A stretch of 61,057 bases of DNA, filler included, from Sphacelaria rigidula (Eukaryota): NCBI GenBank assembly GCA_964200075.2. It is 5 parts of 5 records of this genome, joined end to end, with 100 filler letters (N's around TTAATTAATTAA, not from the genome) between each part and the next. Parts side by side here need not be neighbours in the genome. Positions count along the whole stretch, not along the records: positions 12,235 to 24,368 come from CAXNAA020004091.1; positions 24,469 to 36,600 come from CAXNAA020004092.1; 3 more parts are not named here. One strand, 5' to 3'. The notes beneath the pieces are model-generated. The model was not told the DNA's origin, did no database searches, and saw nothing but the letters and a program-made list of their open reading frames with translations. Positions 23,201 through 36,419 of this stretch are shown one piece after another. Every line of letters starts with the position of its first letter. Positions within the stretch are counted from its first letter, which is position 1. The position numbers were made by a program, and so were the translations under genes.

Positions 23201-23653
23201 TCTGCTTGCAAGTTCGTTTCTCTGCTGCTGTTCTATCCGTCCCGGCGTACACTGCAGGTGTGACTCGAGTCTACGATTCAATCACAAGCATTCTTCACTA
23301 CATATTTCACTGCGAAGGTTGCATTTCATTGGCGGTAGACTCCGCTGATTCCTCACTGAAGGGCCTCTGATTGGTTGAATTCCGCACTTCACTACAAAAA
23401 TCTGTTCCCATGTATGGGCGTTGTGCCATATTTCCTCTTTGCCGGTGCGTGAGGGGGAGGTTCCCAAAGACTTGAAGTAAAAAATCGGGAATCCGACCAA
23501 AGGCAGATTGGGCACACGAAAGATCGGGAAAGTGCGCTCGAATCCTCTTGAAAAGCACAGCAAATATTTGAGAGGAGGCCCAATCCGCCAAGACCCATAT
23601 TCCGCCAAAGATCCGCGATGAAAGGTTCCACGCCTTGGACAGAAAAGTTGCAC

Positions 23654-23743
23654 TGTCAAAAAGTGTACTGCGTACATTATCGACTATTGCGCCTGTTGCA
23701 ACAGACAGTAGATTTCATACTGTACGCAGTGCACTTTTCGACA
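23654..23743. repeat. About 90-nt near-perfect palindrome (hairpin)
   Basis: TGTCAAAAAGTGTACTGCGTACA pairs with TGTACGCAGTGCACTTTTCGACA, centred on CTGTTGCAACAG. Confidence 0.85.
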
Positions 23744-24054
23744 TCTTGATATATTCTCCAGGGTGTGGAAGGCCGAAAAAGGGCATTTTTCGGAGAGCCC
23801 GTTGTTTTCACCATGAGAAGTGGCCTTACGTGCGTCCTCCTGGAGCTACTGCACTCACAAGCACTACGATAACTTGGACACGTGCTTGTATGTGTCCATT
23901 CGGTATGGCTGGTAATGGGGTGTATCACCCGGGCTGATGATGTCCACATGCTGAACAGGGGAGCAATCGGCGATATCTCCCACGCATCATGCCCCCAAAA
24001 TCTTCAACTAGAGAAAATGAGGCGTGTACTCAGGATATTTCATACCGTAGTCAT

Positions 24055-24368
24055 GAGACCATTGAACTCGCAGCTCTACACAGCCGGGACGAAGGACGCC
24101 GGGTTTTCGCCGGACCAGGCTCGCAATCAATCACCAAGAGTGAAGCGCCGTAATGTGGTCAGCGAGTCGCATGAAGGGTGAGCTGCATCCTACTAAGATT
24201 GTTAGACCCGAAGCGTACTCAGAGGACCATTGACCTCGCATCCCGTGTGTCTTGATTGCACCACTCGGCACCGAGAACAAACCCCACCCACGTCCCGGTT
24301 AGACACCCATGAGGCAGTGTAAAAGCCGTGGCTGTCTCTGGAAGTGGCGATACCACAGAACAAAGCAA
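24055..24368. repeat. Interspersed repeat family C: a plus-strand partial copy (about 24055-24220) and a minus-strand end cut by the scaffold (24301-24368)
   Basis: Shares GCCGGGTT.TCGCCGG.CCAGGCTCG and GCGAGTCGCATGAAGGGTGA.CTGCATCCT.CTAAGATTGTT with 35935-36196 and 36420-36600. 24301-24368 is the reverse complement of about 36127-36196. Confidence 0.85.
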
Positions 24369-24468
24369 NNNNNNNNNNNNNNNNNNNNNNNNNNNNNNNN
24401 NNNNNNNNNNNNTTAATTAATTAANNNNNNNNNNNNNNNNNNNNNNNNNNNNNNNNNNNNNNNNNNNN
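24369..24468. other. Artificial scaffold linker
   Basis: N44-TTAATTAATTAA-N44. Confidence 0.98.
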
Positions 24469-24709
24469 AAGGATGTCTGACACACTTATGAGCCTCTTTT
24501 TTTGTGCAACCAAATACCCCCCCCCCTATCGTAGGGTGACTCACATCGACAAATTAGAGACCAGGGTACGTACCTGTTGACGGGTACTGGCAGAAATGGT
24601 GCCAGGTTATTTTGCAGCACAGACAAACTCAATATTATATTGAAATCGTCAGTTTTGCCACACATCATGTCTGGCGAAATCACACCCGATTTGGCCAAGG
24701 TATCCCAGA

Positions 24710-25152
24710 AACACGGGGTCTTGAAAATTGGGGATGGATCATTTATTGGGGATGAGAAACCCGGAGGATTAAAATCTTCGTATCCGCACCAAATCTTCGA
24801 AATATGATTCCATTTCTTCACTTACTGATAGCTATCGACAACTGCTACACGAAAGAGAAATTTGGATTTCGATCACCGAAATGTTGGGGTCCTAGGTGAA
24901 AAAACAGTTTTGTAGAAAAACCGGTTGTCCGAGCGGACGCCAAAATGGTTCCGAAATTTTTTTTCACCTACGACCCCAACATTTCGGTGATCGAAATCCA
25001 AATTTCTGAGGCGTGTAGCAGTTGTCAAAAGCCATCAGTAGGTGAATAAACAGATCCATATTTCGAATATTTGGTGCGACACGAAGATTCTAATTCTCCG
25101 GGTTTCTCATCCCCAATGAAAGATCCATCCCCGATTTGTAAGATCCCGTGTT
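24710..25152. repeat. Long foldback with ~195-bp inverted arms and ~50-bp spacer, probably a MITE
   Basis: 24710-24904 pairs with 24957-25152, including AGAAATTTGGATTTCGATCACCGAAATGTTGGGGTC and its exact reverse complement. Confidence 0.9.
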
Positions 25153-25520
25153 CAGAGGCAGTTTTATTGTGGTCAGATGTATAGCCGTCGGCGCTCACTG
25201 AACCAGCCCTTCAGTCCCCTGGTGCTACGCTCGGCGCAGTAGGTGTGGAAGGAACGTAAATTTTCCATTTTACCTTTACCCTGGAATTCGGACATTTCCT
25301 CCTTACGGACGCTATTATAACCACAACGCGGCGGAACCTGACGAGCCAAGAAAATATTCTGATGACCAGCATCAAACGCACCTAGTGCCGACGAGGTGAT
25401 GATACGTGAAGGCTTTCATAGCCCTCGAATAACTTTCGCCGACGACAGTGCAAGACACGTCTCGTAGCCGCCGTTCGACAGTAAAAATTCAAGGGAGAGA
25501 GAAAGCTCGCCGATTCTTAC

Positions 25521-25816
25521 CTCTGATGAGAAACGGGTGATTAGAAGAAGGAACTTCAGGTGGGTACAACGTGAAGCCAATGGGCCTCAGCCCGGTGAAC
25601 TCCTCAGAGTAGGCCGGATTTGAATACTGGTAGGATCGGTGGTCCTCCACACCGTTGTGGAACATGAACATGTGATTTGATGGCGAAGCAGTTGCCCATC
25701 ACACCCTTCTTGTAGCAGCCAATCCCGAGCGGATCTCTGGCATCTCGCGCTCAAAGGGTTCACCCATCATGCAGAGCCTTTTTTGATAGCGGTAAGACTT
25801 GAAGCCTTGCCCTTTC
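25521..25816 (-). pseudogene. Exon-like remnant with internal stop, product unknown
   Basis: Bounded by ttttcgtgcgaatag| and AGAG|gtaaga. KGQGFKSYRY...ATRRV*WAT...FHNGVEDHRSYQYSNPAYSEEF...PFLIR. Confidence 0.3.
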
Positions 25817-26379
25817 CTATTCGCACGAAAAATGAAGACAATACACCCTGCAAATGTACAAAGTAAACGGGAGAAAATACGCGACCATTCTCTGAACAAA
25901 CGTGCATTTTTCTCCACGTCAGAATCATATCTGTTATTTCCCTGCCGTTTACCCTTCATCCAGTCTACGAAAAGGGTCGAGGGAATCAGAAGGCGCCGAA
26001 CGAACACAAGAGACCCCCCAGGGACGCGGGAGGGCAAGGGTCATATGAAAACGGCGGATTGGGATACGAACACACAACTTCCTGTCAAGATTCCATCTGC
26101 GCTGCGACGCGACACATCAAAGCAATCTCACACACCAGAGAACAGACAAAATCACCCCCCCCACCCTCCCCCCCATCCCTTTCCGCCACCGCATCCCCCC
26201 TCCACGCAAACTAGTGTCAAGCGGCATACCATAGAAGGTGCATACGAGTCTATTAACCAGGGCGAAACGGAACCCCAAGTTCGGCTTCCTCAACAAGTAA
26301 GACATTCCACCCCGCTCCCCGCCCGTCCCCATCAATTTTGCCGGTCAAGAGGTGTATCATAGATGTATACGGATTACAC

Positions 26380-29300
26380 CGCCCGGGCGACAACAAAACC
26401 CGAGGTCTACTTCTTCACCAAGCAAGCCTTCTCCTTCCCCGTCTGCTTCCTCATGCGAATACCACGCGAGGCGAGAAGAAATCCCAAGGTCGACGTCCTG
26501 TGAGAGCAAACTTCTCTCCTCCCGTCCCCCGCCTACGCAACTTCAGGCTGACACGAGGAATACGGCAGGCGATATAATATGTAGTACAACACTCAGGGTG
26601 GCAAAACAAACAAGGGCTGCCTTCTCAAAGAGCAAGCCTTTCCATATCCCCGTCTGCTCAATTATGCGCAAGCTACGCAGGATCAAAAGAAATAACAAGG
26701 TCGACTTTCTCAACGAGCAAACCTCTCCCCTCCCCGTCCTCCGCGTACGCAACTTCGGCGCAAAATGAAGAATCACGTGGGCGATACACGCAATATCTCA
26801 TCGAGGGCGACGACCAATCGCAACCTCAACTCCTCTATCAGCCAGCCCTCTCCATCCATTTCTCACCTGCTCTCTCATGCGTACCGTAACCAGGGCAACA
26901 ACAAATCCCAACCTCCTTTTCGTCAACGAACAAGTCTCTTCCTCACCGCCCCGTTCTGAGCGGGGCCCGCCTGCCGAGGGGCATTCCATACGTGATGCAC
27001 GGAGTATGCCACACAGGCCAAAAGTAAATCAAACGCTCGACTTCTGTTACAACCACGTCCCCCTGTCTCTTCGCCCTCCTTTCCACGCCTGTACTACCCA
27101 GGTCACAACAAACTTCAATGACGACTCCCTATCAACAATCAAGTCCTCTCCCTTCCGCCCCCCCCGCCAATCCCCACCTCCACGTGTATACCACCGAGGC
27201 GACGAGAAACCTCTGGCTCGACCTCCTCAACAAGCCAGCCCTCCCGACCCCCCGACCCCGACTTCAGCGGCCAGCCCTCGCCCACCACGACCCTTTGAGA
27301 CCCTCTCCGACGCGAATCTCGCCTGCGTGCAAGCATACAGTCAGATATGCGAGGTACATACCTAGGGCTACCACAAATCCCAACCTCGACTTCCTCAACA
27401 ACCATGCCCATCTTTCCCTTTTCCATCCGCGTACATCATTTCCGCCTGCCGCAACACACACCACAGGAAGCATCCTACCGTGGGCGACGACCAATCGCGA
27501 TCTCGACTTCTTCATCAGCCATCCCTCCCTCTTTATAACATGCCCTCTCTTTCGTACTCTACCCAGGGCGACACCAAATCCGAACTCCCTCACTTCCCTT
27601 GCTGAGCGGATTCCGCCTGCCGAGGGGCATACCGTACGTGATACACGGGGTATGCCACACAGGCCAAAAGCAAATCCGAAGCTCAACCCCCCTTACAAGC
27701 ACACCCTTCTGTCTCCGTGTATTATCCAGGCCACATCAAGCTCAACGTCGACCCCTTATCCACAATCAAGTCTCCTCCCTTTCCCGCTCCCATATCCAAT
27801 TCCACGCGTACACCACCGAGGCGACGAGAAACCTCTGGCGAGACCTCAACGAGCCCGCTCTCCCAACCCCCCTGCCCCGACTCCGACGGCCAGCCCTCGC
27901 CCACCACGACCCGTTGATCCCCTCCGATGCAAACCTCGCTTGTCACCATGCACACAACCTCGGATATACGAGTTACACACCCAGGGCCACCACGAGTTCC
28001 ACGCTCAACTTCCTCAACAACCATGCCCTTCCTCCCCTCCCTCACCCGCGTACATCATTTCCGCCTGCCTCAACACACGCCAGCATCCCACCGTGCGCGG
28101 CAACTAATCGCAACCTCGACTTCTTTATCAGCCAGCCCTCCCTTTTCACCACTTACTTGCCCTCTCTTTCGTACACCACCCAGAACGACCCCCAAATCCG
28201 AACTCCCTCACTGCCCCATTCTGAGCGGGCTCCGCCTGCCGAGGGGCATACCGTACGTGATGCACGGGGTATGCCACACAGATCAAAAGCAAATTCGAAG
28301 CTCGACTTCCGTTACAAGCACGCCCTTCTGTCTCTGTGTTTTACCCCGGCCACAGTCAAGCTCAACGTCGACCCCTTATCCACAATCAAGTCCTCTCCCT
28401 TTCCCGCTCCCATTTCCAATTCCACGCGTATACCACCGAGGCGACGAGAAGCCTCTGGCTCGACTTTCTCAACGAGTCAGCCCTCCCGACCCCCCTGCCC
28501 CGACTCCAACGGCCAGCCCTCGCCCACCACGACCCGTTGACCCTCTCCGACGCATATCTTGCCTGTCAACACCCACAATCTCCGATATGCGAGGTCCACA
28601 CACAGGGCCACCACAAATCCCAACCTCGACCTCCTCAACAACCATGCTCGTCTTTCGCTTCTCCATCCGCGTATATCATTTCCGCCTGCCGTAAGACACC
28701 ACAGGCAGTATCCCACAGTGGGCGACGACCAATCACAACATCGACTTCTTCATTAGCCAGCCCTCCCTCCTTCCCACCTGCCCTCTTCTTCTTGGTTCAA
28801 CACCCAGGACGACACGAAATCCCAAGTTCCCCACCTCCCTTACTGAGCGGATTCCGCCTGCCGAGGGGCATACCATACGTGATGCACGGAGTATGCCACA
28901 CAGGCCAAAAGCAAATCAAACGCTCGATTTCTGTTACAGGCACGCCTCCCTGTCTCTTCGCCCTCCCTTCCACGCCAATACTACGCAGGTCACAACAAAC
29001 TTCGACGTCGACTCCTTACCCACAATCAAGTCTTCTTCCTTCTCCGCCCCCGCCAATCCCCACCTCCACGCGTATACCACCGAGGCGACGAGAAACCTCT
29101 GGATCGACTTCCTCAACGAGCCAGCCCTCCTCCCCCCTGCCCCGACTCCAACGGCCAGCCCTCGCCCACCACGACCCTTTGACCCCCTTCGATGCAAATC
29201 TCGCCTGCCTGCACGCATATCATCTCTGGTATGCGAGGTACATACAAGGGCCACCACAAGCCCCAACCTCGACTTTCTCAGCAACCATGCCCATCTTCCT

Positions 29301-31750
29301 CTTTCCGATCCACGTACGTCATTTCCGCCTGCCGCAACACACACCACAGGCAGCATCCTACCGTGGGCGACGACTGATAACAACCTCGACTCCTCCATCA
29401 GCCAGCCATCCCCCTTTACCCCTCTGCCCTCTTTTTGGTACACTACCCAGGGCGACAACAACCCCCAACTTCCTCGCTGCCCCTTCCTGAGCGGATTCCG
29501 CCTGCCGAGGGGCATACCGTACGTGATACACGGTGTGCCCCACGCAGGCCAAAAGCAAATCCGAAGCTCGACCTCCGTTACATGTACATTCTCCTCGTTT
29601 TCCGCCCGCCCTTTCTATCTCTGTATATCACCAAGGCGACAAGAAATCATCATGTCGACATTCCACTCAGGCAATCCTTTCCTCTCCCCCCGCCCTGACT
29701 CTCCGTCTTGAAAGGGGTGGGTGGTGAATGGTCAACGAGTAAGGCAAGCAACAAGTAAGTACGCCCCTCGCCCCGACTCCAACGCGTACGCGACCAGGGC
29801 GCTAACAAATATCAAGTTCGACTCCCCCAACAGGCCAGCCCTCCCCCCTAGGCCCTGCGGCCTTCTCCGATGCAAATTTCGCCAGCCACGAGGTATGCAA
29901 TATCTGGTATACGGAGTATACCATCCAGGGCAACAACAATTCCCAAGCTCGGCTTCCTCGAAAAATAAGCTCTCCACCCTTTGCGCCTACACTAACACGC
30001 ATGTATCACCCAGGGCAACAACACCTCCCGAGCTGGATTCCTCCACAAGCGGCGTCTTCCTTCCCGACCTCCCGGCCACAGAGGATTTCACAAGTTTTAC
30101 ACGAAGTGTCCGACTCAGGTCGACAACAAACCTTCAACACGACTCCCTGCACACGCAAGCTCTGCTCCATCCCCGCCGCCACTCCCACACATATACCACC
30201 CAGGCCGACAACAGATGTTAAGCTCGTTCTTCTCCACAAGCACGCCCCTACCCCGTCGCCTCTATCCCCTCGTGATGGCCACCAGGGCCACGTCGAACCC
30301 TACGTTTGACGTCCTCAACGAATCACGCCTCTCCATCAGGCCCTTCGACCCAATTTCCCGCAAATTTCGCCCGCCACAAGGCACACGATAGGGACAAGAT
30401 TTTCAGTCACACAAAACCGAGATACACCCAGAGCAACAAATGTGTGCGAGCTCGGCGTTCTCCCCAAGCAAGCCCTCACCCTCCTGCTCCCAGTGCTTCC
30501 ACAGCAACTTTGCCTGCCACAAGGTTTACCATAGGCGACATATGTTGTATATTACCCAGGGCGAAACGAATTCCCTCAGTCGACCGCGTTTTCACAAGCA
30601 AGCCCTTCGCCCCCGCCCCCCTCCCCTGCTTCTACGCAAATTCTACCCATCACGAAATACACCATACATGACAGACGTACTGTAGAATATCATCCAGGCG
30701 TAAACATTCGCCAAGCCCAGCTCCCTCGACCTGCAAAGCCTCATCCTTCTGCCCCCCGCACCTACACGGCAATTCTGCCTGCAACAAGGCTTCCCATAGA
30801 TGGTATGTGTTCTACAACACCCCTGGCGAATCGAACTCCCCACCTCGACACTCTCCACAAGCAAGTAGGTCGCCCCCCCGTCTTCTTTCCCTGCTCCTAC
30901 GCACATTACGCCCGCCACAAGGCAGACCATACATGACAGACGTATTCAAGTATATCACAAAGGGCGTAAACATTCCCCGACCCCAACTTCCTTCACATGC
31001 AAAGCCTCATCCTCTTGCTCCCCGCACCTACAAGTTGATCCCCCTTGAGACGAGACGTACCATAGGTAACATGTGCAGTGTACCACCCAGGGAAAAACGA
31101 CTCCCCTACCTCGGCCCCATCTGCACAAGCAAGCCCTTCCACCACCTTGCCTCCCGTCCCTCTCCATGCGAATTCCGCCTTTGACGAGACACACATTAGA
31201 TGGTAGATGCAATATATCACCCAGGGCGAAAACATTCCCCAAGCTCGACTTTCCTCGCAAGGACATTACTGTGCCCCACTCCCCGCTCCCATTTGCTAGT
31301 TCCGCCTGTCATGAGGTGTACCATAGGTGGTATACGGAATATACCATTCAGAATGACAACAAACCCCAGCTTTGACCCCGCTCTCCGCAAGCAATTCCTT
31401 CGCCCCTGTCGTCTATCATCTCCTACTTAGTCTCTGTCTGCCGCAAGGCATATAACGGAAAGGAAATCACAAGGTCGGCTTCCTCCACAAGTCGGTCCTT
31501 CCGCCCCCCTGCCCGCCTCTTCTATCCGAGTTTTGCCTGCCACGAGGTATACCGTGGTCAACATACGTAGTACATCACCCACGGTGAAACAATTTTTCAA
31601 GCTTGACTCTCTCTGCACGCAGGCCGTTCGCTCGCGCCCGCTCCTCCTCTTCCTCCTCTACCCTAATCCTGCCTGCAACGACGCCTACGATGGTCATCCA
31701 GGGCTACAAAAAAACTCTCAAGTTCGATCCACTGTACAAGCAAATTGCTT
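26380..31750. repeat. C-rich degenerate tandem array: about five ~620-650-bp higher-order units followed by diverged ~130-bp monomers
   Basis: Marker TGAGCGG...CCGCCTGCCGAGGGGCAT recurs near 26957, 27603, 28222, 28844 and 29488. The sub-motif CCAGGGC...AAAT/AAC...CTCGAC...CAAGCAAGCCC recurs about every 130 bp from about 30550 to 31350. Confidence 0.9.
29701..29763 (+). mobile_element. 64-bp poly-C-associated element, copy C (diverged, 63 bp)
   Basis: CTCCGTCTTGAAAGGGG...AAGTACG flanked by CCCCCCGCCCTGACT / CCCCTCGCCCCGACT. Confidence 0.85.
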
Positions 31751-34700
31751 CATTGCCGAGAGATTCCGTCTCACGCCATTGTATGGGCTCGTTCCCTTAT
31801 TGCCAGGTCAACAATGCAAGGGCCAGCTCACACAACGCTACTCTGTCCGCATGACGGCACCGAATTTCCCATCGATGGAACATGCTCACGCTCGTGCGTG
31901 TGCGTGTGCGTGTGTTGGTGGTGGGGGGGGGGGGGGGGGGGGAGGCAGAGGGGGGGTTTTTTTTAACAATTTTTTTTTTCCCCAAAACANNNNNNNNNNG
32001 GTGGTCGGCCGGGGGGGGGGGGGGGGGGGGTGTGGTGGGGGGGGGGGGGGGGGGGGGGGGGGGGCAAGGTCAAGTGCCGCTTTTGATAATCAATGTGTTG
32101 TTGCCACAAAACTAACTGATCCGACGGCCGCTATCATACATCATTCCATCACACGCACAAGCTCGCGACTTTTTCGCCAGGTCGAAATCCCAACTCAAGG
32201 ATAATACACACATACCGATACATATTGTTCATGAAAAAAAACGGTTTCCAACAGCTTCTGCTTTCCAGCTTCCTTTTCTACCATCATGTCACAAACTGAC
32301 CGATGTATCGAGGGACATCCACCACCCATCGTCATCATCCTCATCATCATGAGAATCCTAGCTCCTCAAGTGAGATAGCAGGACGATGAAGGTCGCAGCT
32401 TGTGGACGCCCACGACCACCTTGGTAGCCCGTACCACTTCCACCATCACACCGCACACCGTAGGAGACAGGGCATCTCATGCGCGACCTCCAGAACCGAG
32501 CTGAACATTAACCAACGACAAGGTAGGGTGGCGAGGCGTGGAGGTGTTTAGTTTGCTCGGGTCTAATCTATTTCCTCTTCATTATACGCCAATTTTGGTC
32601 ACTTGTCTATCTATTGAATTGGCATCATCTTCACTTGAAAAATACGCGTCAGATGTAGATCTCCATCATTGAGCGCCGACAGGAACAGCCCCTTCGCCGC
32701 TTTTCTCGGTACGTGCTCGTTGTCTCAGGGATTCGTCCAGTTACCCGACTCCCCCTAGACAGGGTAGGATGAGGCGCAGGCATTCAGTTGTTGTTTTCTT
32801 CAGGGAATGGGGAAGGGTAGCATTCACTACAAACTTCAACTGCTAGGTAGTGATTAGGTTTAGTCCCGTTTGTGCCAATGCGACAGCAAAAGGTGACATG
32901 ATATTGATGCAGGAACGCTTCTGTGAAGATATCAAATGATCTCTGGCAAAAAAATGAAATTGAGAGGGAAATCCCAGCAGGTATCAAGTAACGTTCCACT
33001 CGTAGGGAAAGACCATGTCTGTTGGCTGTTGGCAGTCACAGCTACCGTGGAGTACAAGATTATTTGACGCCTGAGCATACCACAGTCACACCTCTTCACG
33101 TCATCTATATTTCGTACTTCTGTAACCTGTATCAGCACCTATGTAATATCCTTCACTAGGCATGTAGGAAAATGTGCGACCTGCATCAACCCCCCCGGAA
33201 GTTGCCCTGCAGTTTGCTTAACCCGAAGAGAATTCGATTAGCACTTCCCGTAGCCAATCAACTTTCACCATGTTTCCCGCCCCAACCAAATTTCCTTCTC
33301 ATTGCTCTTCGACACACTTGGAAAAATACGGTGCATCTGTGTGTGTGTGTCTGCACAGTCTGAATACGTCGGAAGAGGCGTGCCCTCTTACCATTTGGTA
33401 AACGAGGGGCTTCAGTCGCTGTAGTGGAGGAGGAATATATAGTGCTAGGTGCGGAGTGGAGGATGAGCAAGACTTCGTCGACGCCAACCACGGGCTTGTA
33501 GAAAAAATGACTCCCACATGCGCTGAACGATTCCGACGGAGAAATCGGATGACCGACATTCCTACCGTTTCTCTTGGAGGATCCGCTCATCTCCCCAAAT
33601 TTCAATTAACGTCCCAGGAAAGTAAAGTGGAGCGTTTTCCAAGCGAGGCCTACGATCATTTTGTAAAGGGTTGCATATCGGCATCGATCGATATTGTTCC
33701 GGTCCAGCTCCCTGCTTCTGTGGGATGATCAAGAACGGTCTGGGGGTGTTGTGAGGCAGTGCTCGAAATACAACTGTCAGGCCGATACTGGAGGGGGGAA
33801 GGGGAAAATTCATGTTTCGAGACTACGGGCTCATCACCAAAAGCAGGGAGAGGCGGTTGATCCTAGGAGAAAACTCGATAGATGAAATACGAGCACAAAG
33901 AATGCCTTGAAAATATGTCGATTGGCTAGTACAGTATAGGACAGGAAAGTATAGTACAGCTAGCAAGTTAACTTCGAGACACACTTTCGACCGGCCGGTT
34001 AGTTGCTCAGTCAAAGAAGTAATGGTCGTCCTTCTCATGGTCACCTCCCGTGTACGGTAGTCCTTCCCCCCCATCGGCCCGTGGTGAAGACAAATGGCTT
34101 GTGTGTGCTACTGTACCGTAGGTTCAGTTTCCATGTGAGCAGAGTCGTTTTGGTATTGGCGTTGCGTAAACCGTGCCGAGTAGTGAAAATAGAAATTGTG
34201 GCGGGAACGTGTGTGGCGTGACGAGTCTCATGTTGTAGACAATCAGGCCGTACTGTACGTGTGCAGGGAGGATCGTATCGGAGTGCAAGATAAGTACTGG
34301 TACAACATTGCAATGAATGCACAGCAGTGTATCTAGTGCACCACATTCAACAACAACTGATGACCTTCGTTTACCGTCTCAAACTACAGAAAAAGATGTC
34401 ATACGACTTGCAAGTATTTAGTACAATACGGTATCTGTCGTAGGGCAGTACGGCGCATAACGCTTACTCTACAGGGCCGCACGAGCACGAGTAGTAAGCA
34501 GAACCGCATCAGTGGCCTTCTGCAGCAGCGGAGTGTTTCGGTTTACTCATCTTACGTACTTCTGCCATCCTTTGACCATGGCTCCGTTCGAAAACCCGAT
34601 CATTTAGATCATTTAACCGTGACGCAATCAAGCGATCGATCGAATACAAGGCTATTAATATTACAAGTGCAAACGTGTGTTGGCCAGGATACTGATACAA

Positions 34701-34835
34701 CGATTAGAGTCGACAGGACCAGTAACATTATGGGTCGTCATTCAATCAACCCACCAACCAACCATCAAATCACTCAATCACCAAAACGGATTGGTACATT
34801 GATGTTCAATACTTACCTCGGTGTCTGCGCGTGCA

Positions 34836-35127
34836 ATTTGCTTCGCCCTCGTCGTTTGAGTGTCCCTCACAGCAGGGGATCCCTTCCCCATACCCATCAC
34901 ATGTCTTCACACCTGCACCTCTGGGTTCGAGCCTCTCTTCCATTTCCGCCTGTCGTCATCGTTGTTGTTGTTTTTGCCTGTGAAGGTAGTAAAATAAAAT
35001 TATTACAATCACAAGCAAAATCGAAAACAGGTTCGCACCCAGAGATGTGGGTATGAAGATACGTGATAAATTTGGTGAAGGGATCCCCTGCTGCGAGGGA
35101 CGCTCACAAGACGAGGGCGAAGCAAAT
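34836..35127. repeat. Diverged inverted repeat with ~110-bp arms
   Basis: ATTTGCTTCGCCCTCGTC...CAGCAGGGGATCCCTTC...CTCTGGGT (34836 to about 34945) pairs with about 35018-35127. Confidence 0.85.
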
Positions 35128-35934
35128 CGTCGATACAAGAGGCCCCCCTACCTGGTGCGAGTCAAATGAAGCTTCATCTAAACGAGAAAAAATGCGCCAG
35201 ATACACATATCTTGTTCAACTACGACAAAGGTAAACAAGATGCCTAGGACGAGCTATTAAAGCTATTAAGCTTTTCATATCAACCATGGCGAACCCCCGG
35301 ATTTTTAAGGTAACCCGAGTGACCAGTGCTCCAGGGTCCGCAGGGTGTCGACCCGTATCTTACTGATCTGTAACCACTCACGATAAAGAACAGAAATGAT
35401 CAACCGACGAATCAGTACATGTCCAGGTCGATCACCTCACGCATGAATCACAGACACACAACCCTGAATAACAAACAATGATTGAAGAAATAAAATGAGA
35501 ATAAAAACATATCAAGCGAAATAAATCACCTGTCGACACTCGCGGAGCCTCCTGCCGTTCTTGGTTCCGACCTCTCTCTCCTCAGTTTCTTTCCCCTCTC
35601 CACCCAACTCACCACTCCGTTTCCTACAAACACGATTTTTTGGTGAACCACAAGGGCGAAGGCGGCGGAGACGGCGGGGAAGTGCAACAAGACAGATACA
35701 GTACAAGGGGAAAAGGAGAAGGAAGGGAAATAGTAACGCTCAGCAATTGAAAAGAAAGGAGGATAAAAGCCATAAGCTCATTCATCTAAGCGGTTGAAAA
35801 TGAGAAAAGGAATTACGAGACGAGAAAAGCAACGTAGCTAGAAAAGCCGGTTCATTTGTGTGTGTATGGTGGGCGGGCGCGGGCGGGGGGGGGAGGGGGG
35901 GGGGGTACTCATGATCATGCTTACTATAGGCATA

Positions 35935-36196
35935 TGATAATTGACCTCGCGTCCCTACAAAGCCGGGACGGAGCACGCCGGGTTCTCGCCGGGCCAGGCT
36001 CGGACTTCATCACCAAGCGCCGTGGTGTGTTTGGCGAGTCGCATGAAGGGTGAACTGCATCCTGCTAAGATTGTTCGGCCTGAAGCCTACTGATCATCTT
36101 GAATTTGGACGACGGCCTACAATGAGTTGCTTTATTTTTGTGGTATCGCCACTTCTAGAGACAGCCACGGCTTATAAACTGCCTCATCGGTGTCTC
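35935..36196 (+). repeat. Interspersed repeat family C, longest copy
   Basis: Similar to 24055-24220, 36420-36600 and, inverted, 24301-24368. Confidence 0.85.
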
Positions 36197-36419
36197 AGCA
36201 TTTAAACACTACGTAGTACGATCATTCTCATTGTGCGGAGTTGAGGTTCTCCCACATTGCACAACATGATCTAGCTCGACCACCATCATGGTTACAGCAA
36301 CACAAACGCAAGCGCGCAAAAAAATCGGTAACCTGGTTACCTATAGCTTACGCAGCGAGTGGCGTGTTTTATAGAGTCATCGCCAACCGACGCCAACCCC
36401 ATCGGGGATCCGTCCCCGG

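Noticed and set aside
25699-25701. In-frame TGA as selenocysteine
   Set aside because: No redox-motif context or SECIS evidence. Decay is the simpler explanation.
27118-29711. Long overlapping ORFs of 255-384 aa
   Set aside because: They lie in the C-rich tandem array, are open in several frames at once and shift frame between units. They reflect composition, not genes.
26380-31750. CRISPR-like array
   Set aside because: Units are long and degenerate along their whole length, with no constant repeat and unique spacer pattern and no cas genes.
34809-34821. U1 snRNA 5' end (ATACTTACCT)
   Set aside because: No downstream U1 stem-loops or Sm site recognised. Better explained as a minus-strand splice donor.
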